48,085 nt of DNA, from NCBI GenBank assembly GCA_032718475.1, contig JAUCBJ010008777.1, positions 1 to 48,085 of the forward strand, given 5' to 3'. The DNA comes from Nemertoderma westbladi. Taxonomy: Eukaryota; Animalia; Xenacoelomorpha. The position numbers and the translations under genes were made by a program. The notes under the pieces were generated by a model. That model had not been told where the DNA came from and did no database searches. It was given only the letters and a program-made list of their open reading frames with translations. Shown piece by piece: positions 47,299-48,085 of the stretch. Numbering within the stretch: the stretch's first letter is position 1; every line of letters begins with the position of its first letter.

Positions 47299-48085
47299 TA
47301 AGACAACAACACTCAAATGCATGGTCAAATGTATTTGATAAATAATACATGTAACGTATTTACAGTTAGCTATAACATTTCTAGAACATAGTTACTATGT
47401 GAAAGATTGACTTTTTACTTAAAATTTTCCACGTTCATGATAAAAGTCTCTCATTTTGTCGAATGTATTTTATAATATTAAACAGGGAAGTCTTCATTAT
47501 TTATAAAACGTTTGTTAACGAAATTAATCAATAATAGATTGAACAACGTAATGCTACAAGTTTTAAGAAATAACATCAAGATTTGACTGTGAATGGAAGT
47601 GTTTTAATGTCGTACTTCAAATACTTCTCAAAGTTCAGCAATGTCATCTACGAGTTAAATATAAAAAAATGTTAATTTGTAAATCCATGTTTTATGTAAT
47701 TACCAAAAATTGTTTACTGTAAGAAAAAAATATAATTTTAAGTCAAATCAACCCATCGATATCAATGTCATCCACTCAATTACAGCTTTGAACATCCTTC
47801 GAAATTCATTCTACGCAAAATTTTACATATATAGTGCAAAAATGGTGCTCACCTCACATTTGTCGTCACTTTTTCCCTAAGCCACCTCTGACTATATCAG
47901 CAGAGTAAGATTTACGGAAGCCCGATTGAAATTCGTATATTAAATTGAGTTTGTTAAGATGGAACTCTAGCTGAGTGTACACTGAACGTTCTAGAATTTT
48001 GGATACAATACTTAACACACTAATGGGCCTGTAATTACTGGTTTCTAATTTACTGTTCTTTTTAAATATTGGAACAACCTTCGCA

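Larger units (their letters stand above)
43574..47894 (-). mobile_element. Academ-like DNA transposon relic
   Basis: Diverged inverted repeats ~43575-43668 and ~47753-47866; right end CTAAGCCACCTCTGACTA; transposase remnant inside. Left terminus and TSD not found. Confidence 0.55.

Overview
AT-rich eukaryotic (animal-like) DNA made almost entirely of nested transposable elements; I recognise no host gene. Left nest: a hAT deletion derivative (1783-17639, 8-bp TSD) holds a solo LTR (2347-3012) and BEL/Pao element BEL-1 (+, 3143-17172). BEL-1 in turn holds a LINE fragment carrying a TTAA MITE. Central nest: MULE-A (18658-39369) > MULE-B (18935-37234) > BEL-2 (-, 19994-36395) > a near-intact GC-rich Gypsy (31610-35963), each with its own TSD. 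Right part: RTE LINE, a third BEL LTR fragment, a CR1/L2-type fragment and an Academ-like relic with two MITEs. Most interesting is the BEL family. Two diverged, recently inserted copies share the same in-frame loss of RT/RNase H and have no tRNA-type PBS; instead the first 11 nt after the LTR are complementary to a conserved LTR motif, a possible self-priming signal. They also carry an extra sense-strand ORF at the env position (zinc knuckles and basic tail in BEL-2) whose shared 5' part diverges mostly synonymously, preceded in BEL-2 by a long hairpin. All family assignments come from recalled motifs, not database searches, and all counts are by eye.
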